DNA of 64,000 nucleotides from an uncultured virus (IMG/VR IMGVR_UViG_3300049982_000266) (IMGVR_UViG_3300049982_000266), one strand, 5' to 3'; positions 18,660 through 28,504 are shown, numbered from the stretch's first letter. Notes: generated by a model from the letters alone, not told the origin. Translations and numbers: made by a program.

Positions 18660-20024
18660 CTAGGCCGGGGCGTCCACGAACCGTCCGTACACGAACGCCT
18701 CGGGACGCGAGACCTCCAGGGCGATCCGCTCCTCCGCGCGCAGCGTCACGACGTTGCGCTCGTAGTTGTCGCGGTTCTCGGTCGAGACCGTGACGGCGAC
18801 CTGCTCGCGGTCGTAGATCTTGGCTCCGGTGCCGAAGCCGCCCAGCAGGAAGCGGCCCTCGACGATCGCCGGGCTGTCGACCACGGCCATGCGCCAGACG
18901 CGCTTCTCGCCGCCGACCGCGACGGACGTGGCGATGGTGTACGCCCCGTTGTCGTCGGTCTCCAACTCGACGTCCTCCCAGTCGAACGGGTGCATGACGA
19001 CACCCGTCGGCTGGAAGTAGGCGAGCATGGCGCGCGTCGCAGCGCGGCGGATGGCGGCCGACTTCTTGTCGCCCGGACGGTCCGCCTGGTTGTAGGTCTG
19101 GACGCCCGGCGTGTTGACGATGCCGGTCATGTCCTCGCCGACGCCCGTGCCGTACAGGATCTCGAAGTCCTCGACCATCTTGATGCCGTCGACCATGTCG
19201 CGGTCGAGCAGGCCGCGCAGGCGCGGCTCGTCGTCCAGGACGTTCCTGTGGACGTCGAGCAGGTGGGCGATCGTGGAGATCGGGTACGTGACAGTGGTCA
19301 GCGTGAGGTCGCTCTTCGGCTTCAGACCGAAGACCTCGCGCCGCTGCACCGCCGGGGCGCCGTTGACGATCGCGAGCGTGTCCTCCTGCTCGCGCTGCGG
19401 GACGACCCGAGCCCGGTTGATGAAGCCGGTCTGGCGCACGCCGTAGAGCACGGCGGCGTTCGTCCGGTCCTGCGGGAAGAGGTCGCGGACCCGGCCCTGA
19501 CGGAGTTCGCGCTGGACGAGGTCGACCTGCTGCGCGCGGCCGAGACCGGGGATCCCGGCGACGAGACCGGCGGTCAGGCCGTGGACGGCCTTGACGCTGA
19601 GGTCGGCCAGGTCGTAGCCCTCGACCTGGAAGGTCTCGCCGAGACGCTTGAAGCCGCTGGCGCGCATCGCCTTGTAGGCGTCGCTCTCGACGTAGCGCTG
19701 GCCGAGGCTCTTCGCCTCGGTGGCGCCCGCGAAGGCGGCACGAGCGGTGTCGGCGGCGTCGCCACCGGCGATCGGCGTGCCGTCCGGCGCGTCGAGGTAC
19801 TGCTGGATGCCGAGCACCTTCTCCTCGGCGGCGATGAGCGAGCGGATCTCGTCCGCCTCGGCCACGGCCTTCAGGTAGGACTTGTGCTCGTCGGTGGAGA
19901 GGACGAACTGGCCGCCCTCCTCGGTCTTCCACGCGCCGCTGAGCCCCTGGATCTCCTGCGCCTTCGTGGCGAGGTGACCCTTCAGTTCGCGGACGCGGGA
20001 CTGGTCGATCTTCGTGTCAGGCAC
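18660..20024 (-). CDS. Major capsid protein, HK97 fold with N-terminal delta/scaffold domain
   Basis: GTG 20024 after GAGAGGG. Coiled-coil N-terminus, 'EAK/SLGQRYVES', 'KPKSDL...TIAH...LDD', 'ILYGTG', 'VMHPFDW' and 'RNVVTLRAEERIAL.V.RPEAFV.G'. Confidence 0.95.
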   Translation of the reverse strand: MPDTKIDQSRVRELKGHLATKAQEIQGLSGAWKTEEGGQFVLSTDEHKSYLKAVAEADEIRSLIAAEEKVLGIQQYLDAPDGTPIAGGDAADTARAAFAGATEAKSLGQRYVESDAYKAMRASGFKRLGETFQVEGYDLADLSVKAVHGLTAGLVAGIPGLGRAQQVDLVQRELRQGRVRDLFPQDRTNAAVLYGVRQTGFINRARVVPQREQEDTLAIVNGAPAVQRREVFGLKPKSDLTLTTVTYPISTIAHLLDVHRNVLDDEPRLRGLLDRDMVDGIKMVEDFEILYGTGVGEDMTGIVNTPGVQTYNQADRPGDKKSAAIRRAATRAMLAYFQPTGVVMHPFDWEDVELETDDNGAYTIATSVAVGGEKRVWRMAVVDSPAIVEGRFLLGGFGTGAKIYDREQVAVTVSTENRDNYERNVVTLRAEERIALEVSRPEAFVYGRFVDAPA

Positions 20025-20187
20025 GGTGGTCCCTCTCGGTACGTGGGCGGCTGTCGCCTGCCCTGCTGACGTGCGGGGGGTGCGTCCCGCCCGGCCAGCG
20101 CCGGGACCGTTCGCTGCTTCACAGCCTCCTGCGCGCTGCGTCCTAACGTCCACTCGACCTCAGGCTGAGGCTGAGGGTTGGCGCGAC

Positions 20188-20220
20188 GGAGCCCCGCCAC
20201 CCGGAAGGGCGCGGGGCTCC
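20188..20220 (-). terminator. Hairpin after protease gene
   Basis: GGAGCCCCGC...GCGGGGCTCC inverted repeat. Confidence 0.65.
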
Positions 20221-20235
20221 GGTCGATCGAGCAGG

Positions 20236-22329
20236 TCAGACGTCGCCGAGCACGACCTCGGCGATGATCGCGTTGCCGCGCGCCAGCAGCGCCGGGTCGA
20301 GCAGCACCTTGCCCTCCATCGCGTCGGGCTCGGCCGTCTTCGCCTCGGGGGCGGCACCGCCGGTGGCAGCAGGGGCCGCAGACGGCGCCGTGCTGTCCGG
20401 AGTGACGCTGGCCGTCGGCAGCGGCTTGTCGGTGTCCACGGCAATGCCAGCGGCCCGCAGGACGGCGAAGAGGTGTTCGGCCGCCGCGCGCAGCCGGGCC
20501 TCGTTCGCGCCGGACAGGACGCGGCCCGCCTTCGTCTCGATCTCGCCGGTGGACAGCCGGGTCTTCACCTGCTGCGCGACGTCGACCACGAGGTCGGGCA
20601 GCGTGTCGAAGGCGTCGACCGGGATCGGCTCGCCGAGGCTCTTGCCCTCGACGACGGTGACCGTCGACAGGTGCACGGGCTCGGGCTCGCCGAGCACGGC
20701 GTCGGCCTCGATCGACTCGGTGTCCAGGGTGTACGGGACGTCGAAGGACTCGACCTCCGTCGGCCCCGGCCCCCACTTGTAGCGGCTGACGATCGCGTGG
20801 TCGTCGAAGGTGGCGACGAGGTCGACGTCGCTCCACTCGTAGCGCGAGTAGCCGTCGCTGTGCGTCTCGACGAGGTCGCCGCGCAGCGCCTTCGCGGCAG
20901 CGGCGCGCACGGCCCGCTGACGCTGCTCGTAGGAGCCCGGCAGCGAGGCGCCGCCGTACATCTTGACCTCGCCGGTGTCGGCGACCGGGACGTCCTTCGT
21001 CTCGACGGCCGGGGTGCTCTTCGCCTCGATCGTCGGGTCGTAGCCGTTGAGCAGGTCGTCGACCGTGATGGGCTCGACGATGAGGGTCTTCTCGCCCGCG
21101 TGGCCCTTGCCGGGAGGGGCGCCGACGGCGTCCTGGTGGCGCAGGTTGCAGTAGCCCTTCGCGCGGGTGCCCATGTGCTTCGAGAGCAGCCGGACGCAGC
21201 GGTCGAAGTCGCCGTCGGTGCCCCACTTGATCTTCGCCGCGCCCTCGCCGGACGTCCAGTAGCGGCGCAACTTCTCGGCGCCGCCCTTGTTCGCGTCGGC
21301 GCCGCCCTCGGCCTTGAACTCCTCGGGGAGCCAGCCCTTCGGCAGCGCGTCGGTGGCGCCGAGCGCGAGCGCGCGGCCGACGATGTGCGCCTTCGCCTCG
21401 ACGCGGTCAGCGGCGCGCGGGTAGGCGCGCACGGCCGCCGTCAGGTCGCCGGTGCTGCGGATCGGGAACGAGCCGTCCGGCAGCGCCGCGTCGCTCTTCG
21501 CCTCGATCGTGCCCATGCCGCCGAGCCCGAGCAGGGTGCGCCGGTGCAGCAGCGCCTTGATCTCGGGGTCGGTGCTGTGCGCCTCGGCGGCGAGTGCCGC
21601 CTGGTCGATCTCGTCCCAGTCGATCTCGCCTTCGGCGGCGGCGTAGAGCGCCGACTCCTCCTCGGTGGGCTCGTCCGGGTCGACGACCTTGACCGGCACG
21701 ACGGTGTCGCCGACGGCGAGGCTCTTGACGCTGAGCGTCATGCTCTCGCTCGCGGCCCCGAAGAGCACCGGGCCGTACTCGAAGAGGTCGAGGCTCTTGA
21801 TGTTGCGGACGCCGTCGCGGCCCTTCGTTGCCTGACCGGGCGGCACGACGTAGCCGATCGACCACTCGCACTCGTCGGTCTCGCTGAAGAACTCGACCGC
21901 CTGGAACGCCTCGCGCGAGCGGGCGCTCTTCATGTTGAAGCGGGTGGTGACGACCAGCGCACCGGCCTCGGCGGGCCACGGCTTGCCGTCCTTCGTCTGC
22001 TTCGGCAGGCGCTCGTCGCCGGGCGGGTACTCCTCGATCTCCTCGGTGCGGGAGACCCAGTCCTTCCAGTCGTGGGACCACACGCCCTTCGGCTTGCGGA
22101 TCTTCAGCGTCTTCGTGTACGCGCCCGGCAGGATCCGGTCGTCCACGTTGTCGACGATGCCGGTGACGCTGACGATCGCGCGCACGAGCCCGTTCGCCTC
22201 GTCGACCTCCAGCAGACCCGAGTGGGGAGCGGCCAGGGCGGGCGTCGCGGACGCGGCCTTGTGCTCCATGCCGGGGATGACGAGAGCCGGGCCGGACCCG
22301 CCCTTGCGCTCCAGCGTCGCAGTGCTCAC
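20236..22329 (-). CDS. HK97-type prohead protease (S78) with long multidomain C-terminal extension
   Basis: 'DNVDDRILPGAY...WSHDW...EWSIGY...LFEYGPVLFGA' core, then 'LPDGSFPI...RALALG..LP.GW', 'LRRYW..GEGAAKI.WG..GDFDRCV' and 'KAGRVLSGANEARL'. Confidence 0.9.
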   Translation of the reverse strand: MSTATLERKGGSGPALVIPGMEHKAASATPALAAPHSGLLEVDEANGLVRAIVSVTGIVDNVDDRILPGAYTKTLKIRKPKGVWSHDWKDWVSRTEEIEEYPPGDERLPKQTKDGKPWPAEAGALVVTTRFNMKSARSREAFQAVEFFSETDECEWSIGYVVPPGQATKGRDGVRNIKSLDLFEYGPVLFGAASESMTLSVKSLAVGDTVVPVKVVDPDEPTEEESALYAAAEGEIDWDEIDQAALAAEAHSTDPEIKALLHRRTLLGLGGMGTIEAKSDAALPDGSFPIRSTGDLTAAVRAYPRAADRVEAKAHIVGRALALGATDALPKGWLPEEFKAEGGADANKGGAEKLRRYWTSGEGAAKIKWGTDGDFDRCVRLLSKHMGTRAKGYCNLRHQDAVGAPPGKGHAGEKTLIVEPITVDDLLNGYDPTIEAKSTPAVETKDVPVADTGEVKMYGGASLPGSYEQRQRAVRAAAAKALRGDLVETHSDGYSRYEWSDVDLVATFDDHAIVSRYKWGPGPTEVESFDVPYTLDTESIEADAVLGEPEPVHLSTVTVVEGKSLGEPIPVDAFDTLPDLVVDVAQQVKTRLSTGEIETKAGRVLSGANEARLRAAAEHLFAVLRAAGIAVDTDKPLPTASVTPDSTAPSAAPAATGGAAPEAKTAEPDAMEGKVLLDPALLARGNAIIAEVVLGDV

Positions 22330-22399
22330 GTGATGCCCTCCTCGGCAGTCGCTTCTCCGGCGGAGGCTACGGCGGCGAGGGGGCTACGGTCGCGCGCAC

Positions 22400-22436
22400 G
22401 ACGACGGCCCGCCCCCAGTGGGGACGGGCCGTCGTC
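22400..22436 (-). terminator. Hairpin upstream of protease promoter
   Basis: GACGACGGCCCG...CGGGCCGTCGTC perfect 12-bp stem. Confidence 0.65.
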
Positions 22437-22651
22437 AGTGCGGCTCAGGCGACGAGGTCGACCTCCCGCTCCCAGGCGGCGCGCTCGGCGCCGCTCATGG
22501 CCGCCCACTCGCGCATCTCGGCGGCGTGACCCTGGCAGGCGCCGGTCTCGGCGTCGAGGCGTCGATCGTGCGGCCGTTGCGAGCGAGCGTCGTGGTCTCC
22601 TGAGGGTGCGGGGGCCGTTCGCCCGGCCCGGCAGGAAGACCGTACCACACC

Positions 22652-23569
22652 TCAGCCGGGGAGCAGGTCTCCGTCGGCGAAGCCCGCGATCGGGCGGCCC
22701 TGCGAAGCGCGCACGAGCGCCCCGGCGCGGCCCAGCGCCCACGTCTCGTGGGGCACGTCGGTCTTGTCCGAGCCCGGCCAGCCCGCCAGCCCGCGCTCGT
22801 ACGCGGTGCTCAGCGCCTTCGCCTCGACCATGCCCTCGGCCATCTGTGCCAGCGACACGAGCGCGGCCGGGGCGTCGTCGGCGAGCCCCTTGCTCTCCCG
22901 CTTCGGCAGGTCGTCGATCGCGGTCAGGTCGGACGCCTTGACGGCCACGCGCTCGTCGGTCGCCTTCCAGCCGTTGCCGTCCTTCGCGTACTTCCGCACG
23001 CGCGCGGCCGGGCCGGTCTTCGAGCCGAAGACAGGCTTGCCGTCCACGCCCGGCACGACGCCGCCGGTGACGATGAGGTCGACCTTGCCTCGGCCGCCGG
23101 ACCACTTCACGAACTGGCCGCGCTTGACCGTGGCCGAGCCCTCCCCGGCCTTGTCCGGGGTCTTGTCGCCCTTGCCCTTGCCGCTGCCGAACGGGGGCGC
23201 CTGCTTCCCGCCGAACGCCTTGCCCTCGGCCAGCAGTGCGAGGTCGTCGGTGTCCTCGAAGAGCCCGCCTCCGACGGTCTCCAGCGTCGGCTCCTCGATC
23301 GGCTCCTCGGCGCCGTCGAGCAGGTCGTCGAAGGACTCCGGCCCCTCGCCGGAGCGCAGCGCCTCGGCCTCGGCGCGCAGCCCGGCGGGCGCAGCCTTGC
23401 CGAACGGCGTGCTGAGCAGCACCTCGGCGGCCTCGGCCTCCTCCACCCCGAGCACGGTCGCGAGCCCCGCCAGCGACTCCACGAGGGCGCCGTTGGGGTT
23501 GCGCACGTCCCACACCCCGGAGCGCATCCAGTCGGTGTTGCCGGGGGTGTCGTCGAACGAGGCGGTCAT
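22652..23569 (-). CDS. Multidomain head-region protein (Tudor/SH3-like domain plus helical domain)
   Basis: AGGAG RBS; 'VKRGQFVKW..GRGKV...GPAARVR.Y' and 'AYERGL...WALGR...DGDLL'. The domains are separated by E-x-K motifs. Confidence 0.65.
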   Translation of the reverse strand: MTASFDDTPGNTDWMRSGVWDVRNPNGALVESLAGLATVLGVEEAEAAEVLLSTPFGKAAPAGLRAEAEALRSGEGPESFDDLLDGAEEPIEEPTLETVGGGLFEDTDDLALLAEGKAFGGKQAPPFGSGKGKGDKTPDKAGEGSATVKRGQFVKWSGGRGKVDLIVTGGVVPGVDGKPVFGSKTGPAARVRKYAKDGNGWKATDERVAVKASDLTAIDDLPKRESKGLADDAPAALVSLAQMAEGMVEAKALSTAYERGLAGWPGSDKTDVPHETWALGRAGALVRASQGRPIAGFADGDLLPG

Positions 23570-23579
23570 GGCGGGCTCC

Positions 23580-26054
23580 TCAGGTCTTCGGCGATGCGAG
23601 CGTGACGCGCTTGCGTGGTTGGGCCACGGTGCCCAGGGCGACGAGCCCCTTGTACCTGTCCTCGCGCTCGCTGTGAGCGACGAGCGCCCTGACCTCCGTC
23701 ATACCAGCGGCTTCCATCTCGGACAGTCGGTGGTGACCGTCGGCAGTCAGAAGTTCGCCCGCCCGGTAGACCAGGAGCGGGGGAGGTACGTCGGCGTTGT
23801 CCTCGCGGGCCTGCCTCAACGACTGGACGCGCTCGTCGTCAGCCGGGTACCGCTGGAACTTGACGGTCCGAAGATCGACCGTCTCCTCGGTGAACCGAAG
23901 GTCGGGGGTGACCATCTCGCCGTCGGCGACGTGTGCCAACTCGTTCACCGCGTGATCGGTGCCGTACGCGGCGTAGGCCGGGTAGCGCTGCTTCACCTGC
24001 TCCCACGAGAGGACTGCCCCCTCTGTGTCGGCCTCGCCCCCCGTACCCCACTCGTTCGGGATCAGGCTGCTCATGCCCAGCGACGCTGCACGCCGGGTCA
24101 GTGCCTTCCGGCGCTCCGGGGTGTCGGCGAGCCGGATCGCGGCGAGCAGGTCAGCGCGGGTGGCGATCGCCCCGGCCGGGGTGTTGATGACCTGCTCGTC
24201 GGTGCTGCCCTCGTCGTCGTCCTCGTCGTAGAAGACGTCGCCCTCGGGGCCGGGGCCGTCGATCATCGGGTCGTACTCGTCGTCGATCGTCGGGCCGTCA
24301 GCCTCGGTGCTGCGCTCGACCTGCCAGGAGCCGACGCCGCCGAGCACGACGACCTCGGCTTCCTCCAGGCAGCCGACACCGGTGCGGGGCGTGGAGAAGA
24401 TCCGCTGCACCGGCACGGTGCCGGTGATGATGTAGGACTCGTCGGTGCTGACACCGCGAGCGAACTGCGCGGCGACCGAGCGGTCGACGCTGAAGGACGA
24501 GAGCGGGCGCAGCGTCACGTCGGCGACGCCCCGGCCGCCGTCGACCGCGTCGACCGCCCACTCCGGCGTGCCGCCGTCGTAGACCTTGTGGCCCCGGTAG
24601 ACCGGGACGTGCGTGATGCCGAGCGAGGCGAAGTAGTCCTGCGTCGCCTCGTACTGCGCGAGCACGAAGGCGCGCATGGAGACCTGCTCCTCGCGAGCCC
24701 GCTCGACGTCTCGGTCCGAGACCCCGAAGTGGTAGTCGACCTCGGCCGTCTCGGTCAGCCCGAAGACCTCCTGCACCGTCTCGTGGAGCACGATGCTGCG
24801 GCCGTTCGCCGACGATCCGAGGGCCCACGCCTGCACGAGCCCGTTGACCCGCTCGGCGCGCTTCTCGGCCCGGAAGGTGTCGGCGTCGACCACGGTGACG
24901 GCGTTGCGCGCGAGCCCGTCGGGGTCCTTCGCCATGAGGGCGTCGAACTGCGCCGTCGGCACGAAGCGGTCGGTGAAGTCGCCCTCGATCACGGAGCCGT
25001 CGAAGCGCTTGCGTGGGGTGCGCAGCAGCGTCATCTCCCCCCGGTCCATCGCCTCCAGGTGGCGCGCATCCTGGTAGGTCAGCATGTCGTCGTCGGCGAC
25101 GTCGTCCATGCGCAGCAGCAGGTCGGCGACGACCTGCGCCTTCGCCACGGAGGCGGCCTCGCGGCGGCCGTCACGCTCCTCGCGGCCCGCCGCGCCGTAG
25201 GCCATGTGCCAGGCGCCGAAGCCCTCGTAGTCCGGCAGCCCTTCCTTGTACGCGCCGACGACCTGCGCAGCGCTGGCGGCCTGCTCGCGGTCGATCCCGG
25301 CGCTCACCGGTGCGACGCCCTCCAGGGGGTCGAAGGTGCCGAGGGTGTCGCCAGAGTCGGCCTCGGGGGCGGCCAAGTTCGCCACGCCGTCGGGCCGTGG
25401 CCGTGTGCCTCCGGCCGGGTCGGTGGTGGGGACGGCCCGCTGAAGCCCTGCGTCGTTGAGCCCGTTGTTGCTCGTCCAGACCATGAAGGCGCCGAGGTTG
25501 TCGAAGCGCAGTGTCGTGGCGGCGTCGTCCCGGCTGGAGCGGACGAAGCCCTGCGGCGGGGTGTCGCCGGTCAGCCACGCGATCTTGCCGTCGGCCGCCT
25601 CCCAGTAGAGGTCGGCTCCGACCGGACTCGCGTCGGGGTCCTGGACGGCGTCCTCGGGCACGTTCGGGCTGTCGGGCGTAGCGCGCTGTGCGCTACGCGG
25701 TCCGGGCTCGTTGCCCTCGGCGTCGGCGATGACCGTGAGGTAGCCGCTGTCCAGCCGCACGACCTTGCTGTCGCTGTCGCGCAGGACGTCGACCCGGCCG
25801 CCCTCGAAGTAGCGCTGCACCGTGCCGGTGCCGCCGCCGAAGATCTTGACCTTCGCGTTGATCTCGATGAAGCGCCCGGCGCGGTCGCGCGGGTGCTGCG
25901 TCTCGCGGAAGGTGCCCCGGCGCTTCACCTGGAGGCTGCGCAGGGCGCGGTCCCGGTGCAGCCCACAGGCGCTCACGCCGCCCAGTGCCAGCACGCCGTC
26001 CAGCAGCGTCTTCGTCTGGACAGTGCTGCGCGAGCAGTACGCACAGCGGCTCAC
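23580..26054 (-). CDS. HPRD-leader multidomain protein with ADP-ribosyltransferase-like and ParB-like domains
   Basis: GTG 26054 overlaps the upstream TGA. Leader 'FRETQHPRDRAGRFIE'; ART motifs 'VYRG', 'LSSFS' and 'EAEVVV'; C-terminal 'PPLLV...DGHHRL'. Confidence 0.8.
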   Translation of the reverse strand: MSRCAYCSRSTVQTKTLLDGVLALGGVSACGLHRDRALRSLQVKRRGTFRETQHPRDRAGRFIEINAKVKIFGGGTGTVQRYFEGGRVDVLRDSDSKVVRLDSGYLTVIADAEGNEPGPRSAQRATPDSPNVPEDAVQDPDASPVGADLYWEAADGKIAWLTGDTPPQGFVRSSRDDAATTLRFDNLGAFMVWTSNNGLNDAGLQRAVPTTDPAGGTRPRPDGVANLAAPEADSGDTLGTFDPLEGVAPVSAGIDREQAASAAQVVGAYKEGLPDYEGFGAWHMAYGAAGREERDGRREAASVAKAQVVADLLLRMDDVADDDMLTYQDARHLEAMDRGEMTLLRTPRKRFDGSVIEGDFTDRFVPTAQFDALMAKDPDGLARNAVTVVDADTFRAEKRAERVNGLVQAWALGSSANGRSIVLHETVQEVFGLTETAEVDYHFGVSDRDVERAREEQVSMRAFVLAQYEATQDYFASLGITHVPVYRGHKVYDGGTPEWAVDAVDGGRGVADVTLRPLSSFSVDRSVAAQFARGVSTDESYIITGTVPVQRIFSTPRTGVGCLEEAEVVVLGGVGSWQVERSTEADGPTIDDEYDPMIDGPGPEGDVFYDEDDDEGSTDEQVINTPAGAIATRADLLAAIRLADTPERRKALTRRAASLGMSSLIPNEWGTGGEADTEGAVLSWEQVKQRYPAYAAYGTDHAVNELAHVADGEMVTPDLRFTEETVDLRTVKFQRYPADDERVQSLRQAREDNADVPPPLLVYRAGELLTADGHHRLSEMEAAGMTEVRALVAHSEREDRYKGLVALGTVAQPRKRVTLASPKT

Positions 26055-28504
26055 CGAAGATCCTTGTTGACCGTGCTGTAGCGGCTCTCGGTCCGGAAGG
26101 TCTCCTCGGTCCCGTCCTCCCAGCGGACCGGCACCTCGTACCACGAAACGTCGCGGCGCAGCCCCTCGAACTTCAGGGCGGGCTCAGCGGTGACCTCGCC
26201 GTAGCGGCCGTCGACCTCGATCTTGTTGCCCGCCACGAGCGACCGTGCCTCGAAGGGCCGGGTGCGCTCGAACTCGGCGCGCTCAGCCTCGCGACGGACC
26301 CGCTCGGCCTCCCGCTCGGCGACGATCTCGCCCCACGTGCGGTAGCCCGCGTAGCCCTTGTCGACGCCGCTCTCGTCGATCGCGACGATGTCGTCCAGGT
26401 GGGCCACGCCCCGGCCGCGCCAGGGGGCGCCAGCCTCCGGGTTCGGCGGGTCCTCGACCGGGATCGAGACTCGGCCGGAGTCGCGGTCCTGCCACAGCAC
26501 GTCGACCCCGTAGCCGTCGCTGGTGACCTTCATCGTGTAGTGCGTGCCCTTCGGCTTCTCCTGGCGGATGCGCACGAGGGAGCCGGGGCGCGGCAGCACG
26601 GCTGCCTCGCCGGTCGTGGCGGCCGTCCAGGCGGTGAAGCCCTCGGGTACAGCGACCTTGTCGCGCTTGCGCTGCTCGGCGGCGGCGGCCTTCGCGGCGG
26701 CCTTCTCGCGCTGCTCTCGGGCCAGGCTCTCGTCCCCGGCGGCGCCGCCCTCGCGGACCTTCGCGCGAGTGAGCACGGTCTGCGCGACGCCGTTGTAGGA
26801 GTCGTGATCCTTGATCGTGCCGCCGAGCACGACGTCGTCGTCGAGATCCCAGTCGTGCGTGCCGGAGGCGAACCACTTGACGACGTTGCCGTCCTCGGTC
26901 ACGAAGGTCAGCAGCGTCGTCGTGCCGTACTGGCCGTCGATCAACTTGCGCCCGGTGACCTTCGCCTTGACGTCGGCGATCTTGTCGCCGACCGCGCCGA
27001 TGTGCTGCGAGTCGGCGGTCGCGTCGGCCTGGCGCTTGCGCTCGGCCTGGACGCCGTCGTGCCGCATCTTCGCGCCGACAGCCGAGATGTAGAGGTTGAG
27101 GTTGCGGCCGGAGATCGACTCGGCGTTCGCCAGGGCGCGCAGGTTGGTCGCGTACTCGCTGTCGCCGTCGATCGTGCGGGCGTACTCGCGGGTGCTGATC
27201 GCGGCGTTGAGCACGTCCTCGTTGTCGAAGGCGTCGCGGATGCGAGCGGCGAAGGCGGGGTCGCCGCCCTTGCGCTCATCCTTGTCCATGTCGCCCGAGA
27301 TGAAGTCCCACACGTAGTCGGCCGTGGGGCTCTTCTCGCCCTTGCGGACGCTGCCGTCGGCGGGCTCAGGGATCGCCGCGTTGTACGCCTGCGCGGCGGC
27401 CTTCGACGTCCAGCCCTTCTCGGCGACGATCGCGAGCGTGACCGTCAGCAGGTCGATCGTGCCGTAGCGGGCCTCTTCCTTCGAGCCGCCGTCGCCCTCC
27501 TCGTCGGGCTGCGGCACCTCCCAGTCCATCATCCAGAGGTTGCTCGGCTTGATGCCGAGGAAGGTCTCCATGCAGTTCGAGCCGACCTGCTGCTGCTGAC
27601 CCTCGGGACCCTGGACGATGTACGTGTCCTTCCGGTCCCGCTGCGAGTGGCAGACGTCGCACTCGCGGGCCTTCGGGCGCTCCAGCAGCGTCGTGCCCTC
27701 GGCGAGCCGGGTGATGAGCCCGGCCTCGGGGTCCCACTGGAGGGTGCCGACGAACGTCCAGCCGTCGTGCCGCACGACCGGGCGGTCGAGGGTCAGGCGA
27801 GCCCGCTCCTCGATCCGGGGGATCGGCAGGCGGTTGCCGTCGGCGTCGGTCGTGATCGTGACCTCGTAGCGCTCGACGTTGTAGCCGAAGCGCTCGGCGA
27901 TGCCAGCGCGCTCGGCTCGCCGGTTCGCCGCGTCGATCTTGGCGATCGCACCGTCGAGGTCGCGAGCGGCGAGTTCGTACTCGGTGTTCGGCTGCGCCTG
28001 CTGCCACTCCTCGTCGGGGATCTGCTCGGTCTCGGTGGTGGGGGCGTCGGGTGCCATGACGTCGTCCACGGCGCGCTGAGCCCGGCCGCTCGGGGCGGCC
28101 GGGACCGGGGCGTCGTCGGGCACCTCGAAGTCGACGACGTCGGGCAGGCTGTCGAGGTCGAAGAGGGTCGCCTCGGCGGGCTCCTGCTCGGGCAGCGCCT
28201 CGACCTTCGTCGGGTCGTCGGTGGGCTTGCCGCCGCCGGGCCGCTCGATGACCGTGACGTGCCCACGGTGGACGCGCACGGTGCTGCCGTCGGCCCGCTG
28301 CACGAGCACGTTGCCGCCGCCCGCGTTGCCGGTCACCGTGCCGGTAGAGCCGCCGAGGATGCGCACGAGGGCGCCGGACTCGATGAAGCGGCCCTCGCGG
28401 TCGCGGGGGTGGTCGGCCTCGCGGAAGAGCGGCTTGCCGAACGCCTTGCCCTCGATCTCGGCGACGACGACGCGTCCGTTGACGAGGGCGAGTGTGCGCG
28501 GCAT
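26051..28504 (-). CDS. HPRD-leader multidomain protein with Zn-ribbon and OB-fold-like domains
   Basis: Leader 'FREADHPRDREGRFIE'; 'CDVCHSQRDRKDTYIV...QVGSNC...FLG'; 'HIGAVGDK...YG...F...GN...WFAS...GTIKDH..YNG..QT.LTR'. Confidence 0.75.
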   Translation of the reverse strand: MPRTLALVNGRVVVAEIEGKAFGKPLFREADHPRDREGRFIESGALVRILGGSTGTVTGNAGGGNVLVQRADGSTVRVHRGHVTVIERPGGGKPTDDPTKVEALPEQEPAEATLFDLDSLPDVVDFEVPDDAPVPAAPSGRAQRAVDDVMAPDAPTTETEQIPDEEWQQAQPNTEYELAARDLDGAIAKIDAANRRAERAGIAERFGYNVERYEVTITTDADGNRLPIPRIEERARLTLDRPVVRHDGWTFVGTLQWDPEAGLITRLAEGTTLLERPKARECDVCHSQRDRKDTYIVQGPEGQQQQVGSNCMETFLGIKPSNLWMMDWEVPQPDEEGDGGSKEEARYGTIDLLTVTLAIVAEKGWTSKAAAQAYNAAIPEPADGSVRKGEKSPTADYVWDFISGDMDKDERKGGDPAFAARIRDAFDNEDVLNAAISTREYARTIDGDSEYATNLRALANAESISGRNLNLYISAVGAKMRHDGVQAERKRQADATADSQHIGAVGDKIADVKAKVTGRKLIDGQYGTTTLLTFVTEDGNVVKWFASGTHDWDLDDDVVLGGTIKDHDSYNGVAQTVLTRAKVREGGAAGDESLAREQREKAAAKAAAAEQRKRDKVAVPEGFTAWTAATTGEAAVLPRPGSLVRIRQEKPKGTHYTMKVTSDGYGVDVLWQDRDSGRVSIPVEDPPNPEAGAPWRGRGVAHLDDIVAIDESGVDKGYAGYRTWGEIVAEREAERVRREAERAEFERTRPFEARSLVAGNKIEVDGRYGEVTAEPALKFEGLRRDVSWYEVPVRWEDGTEETFRTESRYSTVNKDLR

